A stretch of DNA of 64,000 bases. Origin: Gammaproteobacteria bacterium (GTDB lineage: Bacteria; Pseudomonadota; Gammaproteobacteria; HK1). The position numbers and the translations under genes are program-made. The stretch is from NCBI GenBank assembly GCA_022826505.1, contig JAJDUQ010000050.1, forward strand, positions 12,801-76,800, written 5' to 3'. Positions within the stretch are counted from its first letter, which is position 1; each line of letters opens with the position of its first letter. Below are positions 1 to 10,780 of this stretch, piece by piece. The notes beneath the pieces were generated by a model. The model was not told where the DNA came from. It did no database searches and was given only the letters and a program-made list of their open reading frames with translations.

Positions 1-220
1 GGTGGTCGGTGCGGAGCTGGTCGAAGGGAACGACGAACTCATGCTGATTACCGACGGCGGCAAGCTCGTTCGTACGAGGGTGAACGAGGTGAGCGTGCTG
101 GGCCGCAACACCCAGGGCGTCAAGCTCATCAGCCTGTCCGCCGGCGAACGTCTGGTTGGCCTCGAGCGGATTGTGGACGATCAGGACGACCTCGACGGCG
201 AACCGTCAGAGTCCGCCTGA
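1..220 (+). CDS. gyrA: DNA gyrase subunit A, C-terminal end (partial, runs off window start)
   Basis: ELMLITDGGKLVRTRVNEVSVLGRNTQGVKLI is the last GyrA beta-pinwheel blade, followed by an acidic tail; usual position upstream of pheA/aroA/cmk. Confidence 0.93.
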   Translation, partial: VVGAELVEGNDELMLITDGGKLVRTRVNEVSVLGRNTQGVKLISLSAGERLVGLERIVDDQDDLDGEPSESA

Positions 221-367
221 CGCAGTGGTCGCGCCGTCCTTCCGCTCCGATCGTCAATTGCATCGCCGCCGGGATTCCGCACGGTCCAATGCCGTTTCAT
301 CCGGTGATGCGAGCGTGCTGGCGGCGGATCGAGTGTCGGCCCGCGGTTCGGGTTTCGGAGCCGCATC

Positions 368-1156
368 GTGACTGATCGGTCCACCAGGCTCGATGCGATG
401 CGGCGCGACATCGATGTTCTCGACGCGCAGCTACTCGATCTTCTGAACCGGCGCGGTCGTATCGTGCTGGACGTGGCGGCGGACAAGGACCGCGAGAGCG
501 AACCTCGGTACTATCGGCCGGAGCGCGAGGCGGCGCTGCTCCGGCGCCTCGCCGGCGTGAACGAGGGGCCGCTTCCGGGGGGTGAGGTGATGCGCCTGTT
601 TCGCGAAATCGTCTCGACCTGTCGTACGCTGGAGCAGCGATTGGCGATCGGTTGCACGACGGTGCGGGAGGCGCGCGCCGCACTGGGTCATTTCGGTGGC
701 GCCGTCGACATTCACGACATGCCGAACGCCGAGTCGATGCTCGATGCGGTCGAAGGAAATCGCCTGGACCACGCGACAATCGAGTTGTCGCAATCAGGTG
801 CCGCGTCGCCGGTGATCACCGCGGTTCCCGAACGTGGGCTCGTGCTCTGCGGCGAGTGGTACGCGCCGGACAGCGACCGATTCGTCGTGATCGGGCGTGA
901 ATCGGTCCCGCCGACCGGCAAGGACTGGACATCGTTCATTCTCCCGACCAGACACCTGCTGTCGGTCGAATCGAGGTGCCGGGAGCGGAATCTCCAAATG
1001 CGGGCAATTCCCGTTTCGGGCCGGACGCCGCTGTCCGTCGTCGATGTCGCGATGCACGTGACCGACCCGCGGTTCGCGTGTCTCGTTGACCGGCTGGATG
1101 GGATGGCTCTGCTGGGCGCCTATCCGGACTTCGTCACCGGGGTTTGTCCGGAATGA
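368..1156 (+). CDS. pheA: Chorismate mutase (AroQ) fused to a truncated/degenerate prephenate dehydratase-ACT region
   Basis: N-terminal R..ID..D..LL.LLN.R...K.....YRPERE...FREI.S.CR.LEQ chorismate mutase motifs; C-terminal remnants CGE, RF.VIG, PPTG.D.TS, LG.YP; only 262 aa. Confidence 0.8.
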   Translation: MTDRSTRLDAMRRDIDVLDAQLLDLLNRRGRIVLDVAADKDRESEPRYYRPEREAALLRRLAGVNEGPLPGGEVMRLFREIVSTCRTLEQRLAIGCTTVREARAALGHFGGAVDIHDMPNAESMLDAVEGNRLDHATIELSQSGAASPVITAVPERGLVLCGEWYAPDSDRFVVIGRESVPPTGKDWTSFILPTRHLLSVESRCRERNLQMRAIPVSGRTPLSVVDVAMHVTDPRFACLVDRLDGMALLGAYPDFVTGVCPE

Positions 1157-1196
1157 GCACGCACGTGACGAAACCGCCGGTTCGGGCGGGGATGCG

Positions 1197-2051
1197 ATGA
1201 TTGACAGGCTATGCATCGTCGGCACGGGCCTTATCGGGGGTTCGCTTGCCCGCGACCTGAGAAGGCTCGGAAAAGTCGGAGAGATCGTGGGTTCGAGCCG
1301 TCGCGCGGCGAATCTCGAGCGTGCCGTCGCCCTCGGTGTGATCGACCGATTCGACGTCGATGCCGCGCGCGCGGTGGCCGGCGCGGACATGGTCGTCGTG
1401 GCGGTTCCGCTCGGCGCTATCGGCGCGGTATTCGAACGCGTTCGTGACGCTATCGGCAATGACACGGTCATCACCGATGTCGGCAGCGCAAAGGGCGGTG
1501 TCGTGGCGGCGGCTCGAGCGGTGCTCGGCCCTCGGTTGGCGCGGTTCGTGCCCGCGCATCCCGTCGCAGGGACGGAGCACAGCGGCGTCGACTCGTCGGT
1601 CGAGAGACTGTTCGAATGCCGGCGAGTCATCGTCACCCCAATCCCGGAGACGGACGCGGACGCGGTCGAACGGGTATTGGCGATGTGGAAGGCGGTCGGG
1701 TCGGACGTGCTGGAAATGGATGTCGACCACCACGACCAGATTCTCGCCGCCACCAGCCATCTGCCTCACATGCTGGCGTACACCCTCGTCGACGTGCTCG
1801 GCCGCATGAAGGATCGCTCCGAGATTTTTCGCTATTCGGCAGGCGGTCTGCGCGACTTCACCCGCGTCGCCTCCAGCGATCCACAGATGTGGCACGACAT
1901 CTGCGCCGAGAACCGCGGCCCGATCGTGGAAGTACTCGAACGCTTCGGCGCCGCCCTCGATCGCCTCACGGATGCGGTTCGCCGAGGGGACGGCGAGTAT
2001 GTCCGTTCCGTATTCACCCGCGCGAAGGCGGCACGCGATCGGCAATTCTGA
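1197..2051 (+). CDS. tyrA: Prephenate/cyclohexadienyl dehydrogenase
   Basis: GTGLIGGS Rossmann motif, TDVGSAK, HPVAGTEHSG, HD...A.TSHLPH, GLRDFTR.A.SDP.MW. Confidence 0.92.
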   Translation: MIDRLCIVGTGLIGGSLARDLRRLGKVGEIVGSSRRAANLERAVALGVIDRFDVDAARAVAGADMVVVAVPLGAIGAVFERVRDAIGNDTVITDVGSAKGGVVAAARAVLGPRLARFVPAHPVAGTEHSGVDSSVERLFECRRVIVTPIPETDADAVERVLAMWKAVGSDVLEMDVDHHDQILAATSHLPHMLAYTLVDVLGRMKDRSEIFRYSAGGLRDFTRVASSDPQMWHDICAENRGPIVEVLERFGAALDRLTDAVRRGDGEYVRSVFTRAKAARDRQF

Positions 2052-2132
2052 CACCAGGCGGGCGGACCACGGACGATCCGGCGTCGCGGAATCCATGCGG
2101 CTTACAATTCCCTGTTAATCATCTGATATTGC

Positions 2133-3461
2133 GTGGAAAATTCCGCCACACCCTCTGTCGACTACATCGTACGGCCATCCGGTCCGTTGCGGGGCGAGAT
2201 TCGCGTGCCCGGCGACAAGTCGATCTCTCACCGCTGCGTCATGCTGGGTGCAATCGCCGACGGCGGCACCCGGGTCAGAGGCCTGCTGGACGGCGAGGAT
2301 GTGCTTGCTACCGTGACAGCCTTCAGGTCCATGGGCGTGGACATCGACGGGCCGCACGAAGGCGAAGCGTTCATCCGCGGGGTGGGACGAGATGGGCTGC
2401 AGGCGCCGGCGGCGGACATCGACCTCGGAAACTCCGGCACCGCGATGCGCTTGCTGGCGGGGTTGCTTGCCGGGCAGCGGTACGACTGCGCGCTGGTAGG
2501 CGATGCCTCGCTGAGTCGCCGTCCGATGCGACGGATTACCGAGCCGCTGACCCTGATGGGGGCCCGGATCGAAACCGCGCACGGTGGCACGCCGCCGATT
2601 CGCCTCCGGGCCGGCAAGGGACTTGCGTCGATCGACTGCACGATGTCGGTGGCCAGCGCCCAGGTGAAGTCCGGAATCCTTCTGGCCGGGTTGTACGCGA
2701 ACGGGCGTACATGCGTGACGGAGCCGGTGCCGACGCGGGATCACACCGAGCGCATGCTCGCCGCATTTGGTGTGGCGCTCGCACGCGAAGGTCGGCGCAC
2801 ATGCATCGAAGGAGGCGCGCGACTTGCTGCGACGGAGATGGATGTACCGGGCGACATCTCCTCCGCCGCGTTCTTTCTCGCGGCAGCGGCAGGGAGGCCC
2901 GGCTCGGATCTGCTGATACGGGGCGTCGGTGTGAATCCGACCCGAACCGGAATATTGACCATCCTCGAACGCATGGGGGCAGACATCTGCTGGTCGAACC
3001 GGCGTACCGCTGGTCGCGAACCGGTCGCGGATCTCCGGGTACAGGGCACGACTCTGGTCGGCATCGACGTCGACCCCGGGCTGGTACCGTTGGCCATCGA
3101 CGAGTTTCCGGCCATCTTCGCAGCCGCGGCAACTGCACGCGGCGTCACTCGCGTGACCGGTGCAGCCGAACTTCGGGTGAAGGAGAGCGACCGGATCGCC
3201 GCGAGCGCCGAAGCCCTGAACGCGCTCGGCGTATCGGTGCAGGTCGGCGACGACGGAATGACGATCGAGGGCGGTGGGATGTCGGGCGGAGAAGTCGACA
3301 GTGCGGGGGACCATCGCATAGCAATGGCGTTCGCCTCCGCCTCGGCGGCGGCCCCCGTGCGCATTCGCAATTGTCGCAACGTGGTGACTTCGTTCCCCGG
3401 GTTCGAATCCCTCGCCAACTCTGTCGGATTCGACATCGAGGTGAGCCTTGACGACCCCTGA
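2133..3461 (+). CDS. aroA: 3-phosphoshikimate 1-carboxyvinyltransferase (EPSP synthase, class II)
   Basis: PGDKSISHR, GNSGTAMRL, SAQVKS, RDHTE, ELRVKESDR, DHRIAM. Confidence 0.97.
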   Translation: MENSATPSVDYIVRPSGPLRGEIRVPGDKSISHRCVMLGAIADGGTRVRGLLDGEDVLATVTAFRSMGVDIDGPHEGEAFIRGVGRDGLQAPAADIDLGNSGTAMRLLAGLLAGQRYDCALVGDASLSRRPMRRITEPLTLMGARIETAHGGTPPIRLRAGKGLASIDCTMSVASAQVKSGILLAGLYANGRTCVTEPVPTRDHTERMLAAFGVALAREGRRTCIEGGARLAATEMDVPGDISSAAFFLAAAAGRPGSDLLIRGVGVNPTRTGILTILERMGADICWSNRRTAGREPVADLRVQGTTLVGIDVDPGLVPLAIDEFPAIFAAAATARGVTRVTGAAELRVKESDRIAASAEALNALGVSVQVGDDGMTIEGGGMSGGEVDSAGDHRIAMAFASASAAAPVRIRNCRNVVTSFPGFESLANSVGFDIEVSLDDP

Positions 3462-4206
3462 GAGCGTGCCGGTCATCGCAATCGACGGCCCGGTGGGCTC
3501 CGGGAAGGGAACCGTGGCTCGTCGCGTTGCATCGGAGATCGGATTTCGTCTCCTCGACAGTGGCGCCCTGTATCGGGTGCTTGCTCTCGCGGCCCGCACA
3601 CGGGGAGTGTCCCTCGACGACGGTGAAACACTTGCTCGTGTCGCCAGGAATCTCGCGGTCGCCTTCGTGCCCGGAGACGCCACGAATCCGGTGTACATAC
3701 GACTCGACGACGTGGACATTACCGACGAAATTCGTACCGAGCAGTGCGGCAACGATGCGTCCCGCATCTCGGTCCGTTCCGAGGTGCGTGATGCTCTGCT
3801 CGAACGCCAGCATGCATTCCGTCGCCCGCCCGGACTCGTGGCGGACGGACGCGACATGGGGAGCGTCGTCTTCCCCGACGCGTTCGTGAAGATATTTCTT
3901 ACCGCCACTGCCCGGACGAGGGCCGACAGGCGGCATAAACAATTGATGGCAAAAGGTATTGATGTTAGTGTCACGCGCCTTTCCCGGGAGATGGCGGAAC
4001 GCGACCGGCGTGATCGTGAACGCACGGTCGCTCCCTTGAAACCGGCCAAAGATGCGGTCGTGGTCGATACGACCGGGCTTGATGTCGATACCGTGGTTGC
4101 ACGGGTCCTTGAAATTGCGCGGTCACGGATGGTGTGGCCGTCATCGGGTGAACAAGATTCGGGTGCGTGTTTCGTGCGCAGTGCCCCGGTGCGCGAAACG
4201 ACGTGA
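3448..4206 (+). CDS. cmk: Cytidylate kinase
   Basis: [14 protein letters not shown]-loop, [29 protein letters not shown]; overlaps aroA end. Confidence 0.96.
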   Translation: MTTPESVPVIAIDGPVGSGKGTVARRVASEIGFRLLDSGALYRVLALAARTRGVSLDDGETLARVARNLAVAFVPGDATNPVYIRLDDVDITDEIRTEQCGNDASRISVRSEVRDALLERQHAFRRPPGLVADGRDMGSVVFPDAFVKIFLTATARTRADRRHKQLMAKGIDVSVTRLSREMAERDRRDRERTVAPLKPAKDAVVVDTTGLDVDTVVARVLEIARSRMVWPSSGEQDSGACFVRSAPVRETT

Positions 4207-4247
4207 GGTTCGGCGACGAACGAGGGGCGGGAGAATTTTTCTACGGT

Positions 4248-5939
4248 ATGGAAAGCTTTGCGGATCTGCTCGAGCAGAGCGAAGTCGAGAAGAAGATGCG
4301 GCCGGGAGTCATCATCGACGGAACGGTGCTGGCTGTCGGAACCGAATACGTTACGGTCCACGCGGGTCTGAAGTCCGAGTCGACCATCCCGGTCGACCAG
4401 TTCAGAAACGAGAACGGCGAGATCGAGGTCACGGTCGGTGACCACGTCGAGGTGGCGCTCGATACGGTGGAGGATGGATTCGGTTCCACCAAGCTTTCGC
4501 GGGAGAAGGCGAAGAGGGCCAAGGCATGGAGCCGGCTCGAGTCCGCGTTCGAAGGCGAGGAAACCGTAACCGGCATCATCAACGGGAAGGTCAAGGGCGG
4601 ATTCACCGTCGACATCAACGACATCCGGGCGTTCTTGCCCGGCTCGCTCGTCGACGTGCGCCCGGTGCGCGATACGTCCTACCTGGAAGGCAAGCCGCTG
4701 GAGTTCAAGGTCATCAAGCTCGATCGCCGCCGAAACAACGTGGTCGTTTCACGGCGCGCGGTGGTCGAGCAGGAGAACTCCGCCGAGCGCGAAGCGCTGC
4801 TCGAAAGTCTCCAGGAGGGGGTGGTGCTGCCCGGTGTGGTGAAGAACCTGACCGACTACGGCGCCTTCGTCGATCTTGGGGGGATTGACGGCCTCCTGCA
4901 CATCACCGACATGGCATGGAAGCGGGTCAAGCACCCGACCGAGGTCGTCAATGTCGGCGACGAGATCGAGGTCAAGGTGCTCAGATTCGACCGCGAGCGC
5001 TCGCGGGTATCACTGGGGTTGAAGCAGCTCGGTGCGGATCCGTGGGTGGACATCTCCCGCCGCTATCCCGAAGGAACAAGGTTGTTCGGACGCGTGACGA
5101 ACATCGCGGACTACGGGTGCTTCGTCGAGATCGAGGAAGGTGTGGAGGGGCTCGTCCACGTATCGGAGATGGATTGGACCAACAAGAACATTCATCCGAA
5201 CAAGGTCGTGCAGCTCAGCGATGAAGTCGAGGTCATGGTCCTCGACATCGACGAGGACCGACGTCGAATCTCGCTCGGCATCAAGCAGTGTACGCCGAAT
5301 CCCTGGGAAGACTTCGCGGTGAGCTACAGGAAGGGCGATCACGTCGTCGGCGCCATCAAGTCGATTACCGACTTCGGGGTCTTCGTCGGTCTCGACGGCG
5401 GCATCGACGGCCTCGTGCATCTGTCCGATCTCTCCTGGAACGAGCCGGGAGAGGAGACCATCCGACGCTACAAGAAGGGGGACGAGCTGGAGACCGTGGT
5501 GCTCAGCGTCGACGCGGAGCGTGAGCGCATCTCTCTCGGAGTCAAACAACTCGACAAGGATCCATTCTCGAACTTCCTGGCTCGAAACCCCAAGGGAACC
5601 GTCGTCAGCGGACGAGTCGTCGAAGTCGACGCCAAGGGTGCGCTCGTCGAACTCGCCGAAGGGGTCGAGGGATACCTCCGCACCTCCGAGATCGCGCGCG
5701 AGCGAATCGACGATGTCCGTGCGGTCCTCAAGGTAGGCGACGAAGTCGAGGCCAAGTTGGTCGGCGTGGACAGAAAGAAGCGCATACCCTCTCTCTCGAT
5801 CAAGGCGAAGGAAAGTGACGAAGAGGCAAAAGCGCTGCAGGAGTACACCACGAGCGCTCCCACCGGCGCCACCACACTCGGCGATCTCATCAAGGAACAG
5901 ATGAGCAGCGGCCGTGCGGAGGGTATACGGGAAGACTGA
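4248..5939 (+). CDS. rpsA: 30S ribosomal protein S1
   Basis: MESFA.L.E start, six S1 repeats ([31 protein letters not shown]). Confidence 0.98.
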   Translation: MESFADLLEQSEVEKKMRPGVIIDGTVLAVGTEYVTVHAGLKSESTIPVDQFRNENGEIEVTVGDHVEVALDTVEDGFGSTKLSREKAKRAKAWSRLESAFEGEETVTGIINGKVKGGFTVDINDIRAFLPGSLVDVRPVRDTSYLEGKPLEFKVIKLDRRRNNVVVSRRAVVEQENSAEREALLESLQEGVVLPGVVKNLTDYGAFVDLGGIDGLLHITDMAWKRVKHPTEVVNVGDEIEVKVLRFDRERSRVSLGLKQLGADPWVDISRRYPEGTRLFGRVTNIADYGCFVEIEEGVEGLVHVSEMDWTNKNIHPNKVVQLSDEVEVMVLDIDEDRRRISLGIKQCTPNPWEDFAVSYRKGDHVVGAIKSITDFGVFVGLDGGIDGLVHLSDLSWNEPGEETIRRYKKGDELETVVLSVDAERERISLGVKQLDKDPFSNFLARNPKGTVVSGRVVEVDAKGALVELAEGVEGYLRTSEIARERIDDVRAVLKVGDEVEAKLVGVDRKKRIPSLSIKAKESDEEAKALQEYTTSAPTGATTLGDLIKEQMSSGRAEGIRED

Positions 5940-6080
5940 TCTGGAATTGAAGGGCGGGGAGGGACGGCACGGATGCGTGCCGACTTGCGGGGAGCCCTCC
6001 TGACAACTGCGTCAACTCTTGCAGGCTGAGAATCGTCAGCCAGTCGCGGGGTTGCGCAGGACGACGGGGGGATTGGAGAG

Positions 6081-6383
6081 ATGACGAAGTCGGATTTGAT
6101 CGAACAAATTGCACAGAAGCAATCCCAACTCGTCTACCGGGACGTCGAGTTGGCGGTCAAGGCAATCCTCGAGCACATGGCGGAATACCTCGCGGGTGGC
6201 GGCCGAATCGAGATTCGGGGATTCGGCAGCTTCTCTCTCCACTATCGAACCGGGCGCGTCGGTCGTAATCCCAAGACTGGCGCACCAGTGTCGCTTCCGG
6301 CGAAACACGTGCCGCACTTCAAGCCAGGCAAGAAGTTGCGCGAGCGGGTGAACCGGGAAGCCACAACCGATCCGGAGGCCTGA
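6081..6383 (+). CDS. ihfB: Integration host factor subunit beta
   Basis: [22 protein letters not shown]...[21 protein letters not shown]; follows rpsA. Confidence 0.97.
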   Translation: MTKSDLIEQIAQKQSQLVYRDVELAVKAILEHMAEYLAGGGRIEIRGFGSFSLHYRTGRVGRNPKTGAPVSLPAKHVPHFKPGKKLRERVNREATTDPEA

Positions 6384-6545
6384 ATCCGGTCGGATGTCGG
6401 GCTCGGCACACCGAGTTCATCGGACTCCGACACGACACCGGTAGACGGACATGGATTCATCTCGTCGGGTGGAAGCTCGGGCGACGTCTGACGCGCCCGT
6501 CGATTTCCTGCAGCCCGCGATGCCTGTGAATGCAGGCGTCTCCAT

Positions 6546-7742
6546 GTGATGTTCGAGTCGCTGATCGGGCTCGAGGCGCTTTGGCTGCTGTTGCCGGTCG
6601 CAGCGGGCACCGGTTGGTTGGCGGCACGCGGTGCGACCCGCCGCACCACCCGCAAGCGCGAGTCCGGCGGTCTCCGTTCCGACTACTTCCAGGGCATCAA
6701 CTATCTCCTCAACGAGCAGCCCGACAAGGCGATCGAAGTATTCATCAAGCTCATCGAAGTCGACAGCGAGACGGTGGAGACACATCTCGCGCTGGGAAAC
6801 CTCTACCGCCGTCGTGGCGATGTCGACCGCGCGATTCGCATCCATCAGAACCTCATCGCTCGCGAGTCCTTGAATGTCTCGCAGCGTACCGAAGCGCTGC
6901 TGGAGCTCGGACAGGATTACATGAGCGCGGGGCTGCTCGACCGCGCGGAGGATCTCTTCAGCGAACTGGCCGAGCACGCGGACTATCGTGTGCAGGCGCT
7001 GCGTCAGCTCATCGACATCTACGAGCAGGAGAAGGACTGGCCGAAGGCGATCACGAGCGCTCGGAAGCTGGAAAAGGCGACCGGAAACCAGCTCGGATGG
7101 ATCATCGCGCACTACTGCTGCGAGCAGGCTAGCCGGCACAGTAGCGATGGCGACCACGAGCGCGCGCTCAAACATGTCCAGCAGGCACGCAACATGCACG
7201 GGGCATGCGTGCGGGCCAGCCTGCTGGAGGCTGACATTCTTGCCGATCGCGGCGAGCACGAACGTGCGATTCGCTCGCTTCAGCGGGTGGAGGAGCAGGA
7301 CCCCGACTTTCTGCCCGAAATCGTCGGCCGGCTGTATCGTTCGTACCACGCCCTCGACCGAGTCGACGCGCTCGACGAATACCTTTCGAGGCTGATGAAG
7401 CGCTACGGCTGGACCAGCATTACCCTGGCGCTGGCTGACATCAAGAGCGAGTCCCGTGGGCGCCGCGAGGCGATTCGATTCATCACCGAGTGGCTGCGTC
7501 AGCGCGCGTCGGTGCGCGGCCTCGACCGTCTGCTCGATTTCGAAATCCAGGACCGGCGCGATTCCGGCGGCATGGGCGAGCACTTCGAGATCCTGAAAGG
7601 ACTGACCGCGGAGCTGCTGTTCGAGCGTCCCGTCTACAAGTGCCGGCACTGCGGCTTTCCCGCGAAATCCCTGCACTGGCAGTGCCCGAGCTGCAAGCAC
7701 TGGACCTCGATCAGGCCCATCCAGGGCGTCGAAGGGGAGTGA
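6546..7742 (+). CDS. lapB: Lipopolysaccharide assembly protein B (YciM)
   Basis: N-terminal TM, Y..G.NYLLNEQPDKAI, TPRs, C-terminal rubredoxin-like C..CGF......WQCPSC. Confidence 0.95.
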   Translation: MMFESLIGLEALWLLLPVAAGTGWLAARGATRRTTRKRESGGLRSDYFQGINYLLNEQPDKAIEVFIKLIEVDSETVETHLALGNLYRRRGDVDRAIRIHQNLIARESLNVSQRTEALLELGQDYMSAGLLDRAEDLFSELAEHADYRVQALRQLIDIYEQEKDWPKAITSARKLEKATGNQLGWIIAHYCCEQASRHSSDGDHERALKHVQQARNMHGACVRASLLEADILADRGEHERAIRSLQRVEEQDPDFLPEIVGRLYRSYHALDRVDALDEYLSRLMKRYGWTSITLALADIKSESRGRREAIRFITEWLRQRASVRGLDRLLDFEIQDRRDSGGMGEHFEILKGLTAELLFERPVYKCRHCGFPAKSLHWQCPSCKHWTSIRPIQGVEGE

Positions 7743-7864
7743 CTTTCGGAGAGGGTTCGTTATCGTCCGGGTGGTCCTCGCGTCGTCGTCGCCCTCGATT
7801 TTTCGTCGGCGGAGCGGTCGGGTGCTTGCGGTGGTGACCCGCCTCGCTGCCGCTCACCGGAATG

Positions 7865-9172
7865 CTACAGCGCCCGCACGAGCACCCGGGAGCGCCGTTG
7901 CAAGTTGTAAAGATCCTGGCGCTCGCCCGGCAAAATCGAATGATCGGCTTCGATGAAGCCACGCTCCCTGAACCAGTGCGCCGCCTGGGTGGTCAGCACG
8001 AAGAGTCTGTCCGCACCTGCCGAGCGGGCTTCTCGTCCCGCCAGATCGAGCAGGCGTTCGCCGCATTGGCCGCGTCGGTACGCATCGTCGACGGCCAGGC
8101 ATGCGAGTTCCGCGAGACTTTCCTCGGGGTAGGGATACATCGCGGCGCATGCGACGACCGCACCGTCGCGTTCGACGACGTTGAAGTGCGCGATTTCGGT
8201 CTCGAGCCTCTCCCGGGACCGGCGTACCAGAGCGCCCGACTCCTCCAGCGGACGAATCAGCTCGAGTATGCCTCCGATGTCGTCGATGGTGGCGCGCCGG
8301 ATTGAATCGTAGGTATCGGCGTTGATCATGGTGCCGACACCGTCACGCGAGAACAGCTCCAGCAACAGGGCGCCCTCGATTCGGCGATCGATGACATGGA
8401 CCCTGCTTACCCCGCTGCGACACGCATGAATCGACTGCCGAATTCGATTGCCGAGTTCGTCGGCGCCTGCCGGCCGAGGCAGGTCGCTCGCAAGGGTGTT
8501 CGCCTGCTCGAGAGTGAGTTCGCGTACCAGTGTGCCCTGGCGATCGACGATCCCCGGCCCGTCGAGGAGATACACGAGCTTGGCGGCGTGCATTTCGGCC
8601 GCAATCGCTGCTGCGACTACCTCGGCCCGCAAGCTGAAGACCTCTCCGGTAGGGGAGTAGCCGAGCGGTGAGACGAGCACGATGGCGCCGGCCGAGAGAC
8701 GCTGCCGGATGGCCTCGACATCGATGCGTCGCACTTCGCCGGTATGCTCGTAGTCCACGCCGTCGCGAATGCCGATGGGGCGTGCCGTGATGAAGTTGCC
8801 GGAGGCGACACGCACCTTGGCGCCCGCCATCGGAGAATTTGCGACCCCCATCGAGAGCAGCGCCTCGAGCTGGACGTGCGCGGCGCCGATTGCCTCCTTG
8901 GCGGCATCGAGGATGGCGATGTCCGTGATGCACAAGCCACCGGCGTATCTCGGTTCGAGCCCCAGCGACTTGATGCGCTGCTCGATCCAGGGCCGCGCGC
9001 CGTGAACGACGACGAGGTGAATCCCCAGGCTGCGCATGAGCGCAAGGTCGTGGACGATGTCCCGGAGCTGCGGATCTTCAGTCGACTCACCATCGATTTC
9101 GATGATGAAGGTACGGCCCCGATGGGCATTGATGTAGGGAGCCGCTCGGCGGAACCAGTCGACGAAACCCAT
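7865..9172 (-). CDS. argA: Amino-acid N-acetyltransferase (N-acetylglutamate synthase)
   Basis: FV.WFR.AAPYINAHRG.TF, AAK domain plus GNAT domain (ELACLAV, LFVLTTQ..HWF.ERGF, YN.QR.S). Confidence 0.96.
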   Translation of the reverse strand: MGFVDWFRRAAPYINAHRGRTFIIEIDGESTEDPQLRDIVHDLALMRSLGIHLVVVHGARPWIEQRIKSLGLEPRYAGGLCITDIAILDAAKEAIGAAHVQLEALLSMGVANSPMAGAKVRVASGNFITARPIGIRDGVDYEHTGEVRRIDVEAIRQRLSAGAIVLVSPLGYSPTGEVFSLRAEVVAAAIAAEMHAAKLVYLLDGPGIVDRQGTLVRELTLEQANTLASDLPRPAGADELGNRIRQSIHACRSGVSRVHVIDRRIEGALLLELFSRDGVGTMINADTYDSIRRATIDDIGGILELIRPLEESGALVRRSRERLETEIAHFNVVERDGAVVACAAMYPYPEESLAELACLAVDDAYRRGQCGERLLDLAGREARSAGADRLFVLTTQAAHWFRERGFIEADHSILPGERQDLYNLQRRSRVLVRAL

Positions 9173-9209
9173 CGTCTTGCACCGCGAACTCGGATCGTTC
9201 ACCTGGACA

Positions 9210-9266
9210 ATCCTGATCAATTACATCAGATAGATTCTACAACAACTTAATTTACCTGAAATTAAC
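9210..9266 (-). promoter_or_regulatory. AT-rich putative argA promoter/operator
   Basis: AT-rich patch in a GC-rich genome; TAGAAT on the minus strand at 9239-9234; palindrome CTGAT-N7-ATCAG at 9213-9229. Confidence 0.45.
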
Positions 9267-9374
9267 CAGGGAATACACCGGCCGCATTCGCAGAAGTATC
9301 GGGCTGCTCCCGGCAGGATGCGTCGCGCGTCCCGACGTCGAATTCGCCGCACGTGTGCGCGAATCGCTTTCGAG

Positions 9375-10709
9375 TCAGACGTTGCGCAGCAGGAACTCTC
9401 GCTCCCACGAGCTGATGACCTGGAGAAATTCCCGAAGCTCGCACTCCTTCACCGCGGTCCAGGCCCCGACGAACTGCTCTCCGAGCGCCTCGATGAGAGG
9501 AGGGGATCCGCGCAGGGTGCGCAGCGATTCAGCGAGGCTCAGCGGCAACTCGTAGGGCATCTTGTAGGCGCTGCCTTCGACGGCGGGACTCGGCTTCAAC
9601 CCGACGGTCATTCCGAGCAGACCGCATGCGAGCGAGGCCGCGATGGCGAGATAGGGATTCGCGTCGGCGCCCGCCACCCGGTTCTCGACCCGAGTCGATG
9701 CGGCTTCGCCGAGCGGTATTCGCAGCCCTGCAGTTCGATTGTCGATTCCCCATTGAACGTTGATCGGTGCAGCCAGGTACTTCGTGATGCGACGGTAGGA
9801 ATTCACGTTGGGGGCGAGAAACGACATTGCAGCCGGAAGATAGCGTTGCAGTCCCCCGATGTGGGCACGGAACAACGGCGTCATCGCCCCTTGCGGGTCG
9901 GCAAACACGTTTGCGCCCGTGTCGATGTCGACCACGCTCTGGTGAATGTGCATGGCGCTGCCCGGTTCGCACTCCATCGGCTTCGCCATGAACGTGGCGT
10001 ACACCCCGTGGCGCATCGCCGCCTCGCGCACCGTGCGCTTGAAGAGGAACGCCTGATCCGCAAGCTCCAGAGGGTCGCCGTGCGACAGGTTGATCTCGAG
10101 CTGCGCCACACCGGCTTCATGGCTGAGGGTCCCGAGCTCGATTTCCTGCGCCTCGCAGAAGTCGTAGATGTCGTCGATGAGCGGGTCGTATTCGTTCAGC
10201 GCATCGATACCGTAGGACTGACGGCCTCGTTCGACTTGTCCGGAGCGTCCTTCCGGCGGTCCCAGAGGATAGTCCGGGTCTGCATTGCGCTTGACGAGGT
10301 AGAACTCGAGCTCCGGTGCGACGACAGGCCGCCAGCCACGCTCGCGATAGAGCTCGAGCACCTTGCGCAACACATGACGAGGGGTAGTGTCCACGGGACC
10401 GCCGTTTGCGTGGAAACAGTCGTGGATGACCTGCGCGGTGGGTTCGGCGGCCCACGGAACGAGCCGGACAGTGCGTTCGTCCGCTCGCAGCACCATGTCG
10501 CGATCCGACGGATCGACTGCGCTCTGATCGTCGGGATAGCCTCCGGTAACGGTCTGCAGCACGAGCGCTTCCGGCAGATTCAGGCCGAGCGTACGACAGT
10601 ACGCCGCGACCGGCATGATCTTGCCGCGCGCGACGCCGGCCATGTCGGGCATCAGCGCTTCCACCTCGGTGATCGCGTGCTCCCGGCACCAGTTCTCGAT
10701 GTAGCTCAT
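9375..10709 (-). CDS. Glutamine synthetase family protein, gamma-glutamylpolyamine synthetase (PuuA/PauA-like)
   Basis: PDMAGVARGK, APELEFYL, HEAG.AQ.EIN, FMAKP...EPGSAMH.HQS, APNVNSYRR, RVENR..GADANPYLA; adjacent to a PuuD homolog. Confidence 0.9.
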   Translation of the reverse strand: MSYIENWCREHAITEVEALMPDMAGVARGKIMPVAAYCRTLGLNLPEALVLQTVTGGYPDDQSAVDPSDRDMVLRADERTVRLVPWAAEPTAQVIHDCFHANGGPVDTTPRHVLRKVLELYRERGWRPVVAPELEFYLVKRNADPDYPLGPPEGRSGQVERGRQSYGIDALNEYDPLIDDIYDFCEAQEIELGTLSHEAGVAQLEINLSHGDPLELADQAFLFKRTVREAAMRHGVYATFMAKPMECEPGSAMHIHQSVVDIDTGANVFADPQGAMTPLFRAHIGGLQRYLPAAMSFLAPNVNSYRRITKYLAAPINVQWGIDNRTAGLRIPLGEAASTRVENRVAGADANPYLAIAASLACGLLGMTVGLKPSPAVEGSAYKMPYELPLSLAESLRTLRGSPPLIEALGEQFVGAWTAVKECELREFLQVISSWEREFLLRNV

Positions 10710-10780
10710 GGGCCTGTCCTTCACGAACGAGCATCCGTCACGACACGCGGCGCGTCATGGAGCGGGCACGCAGATTCGAC

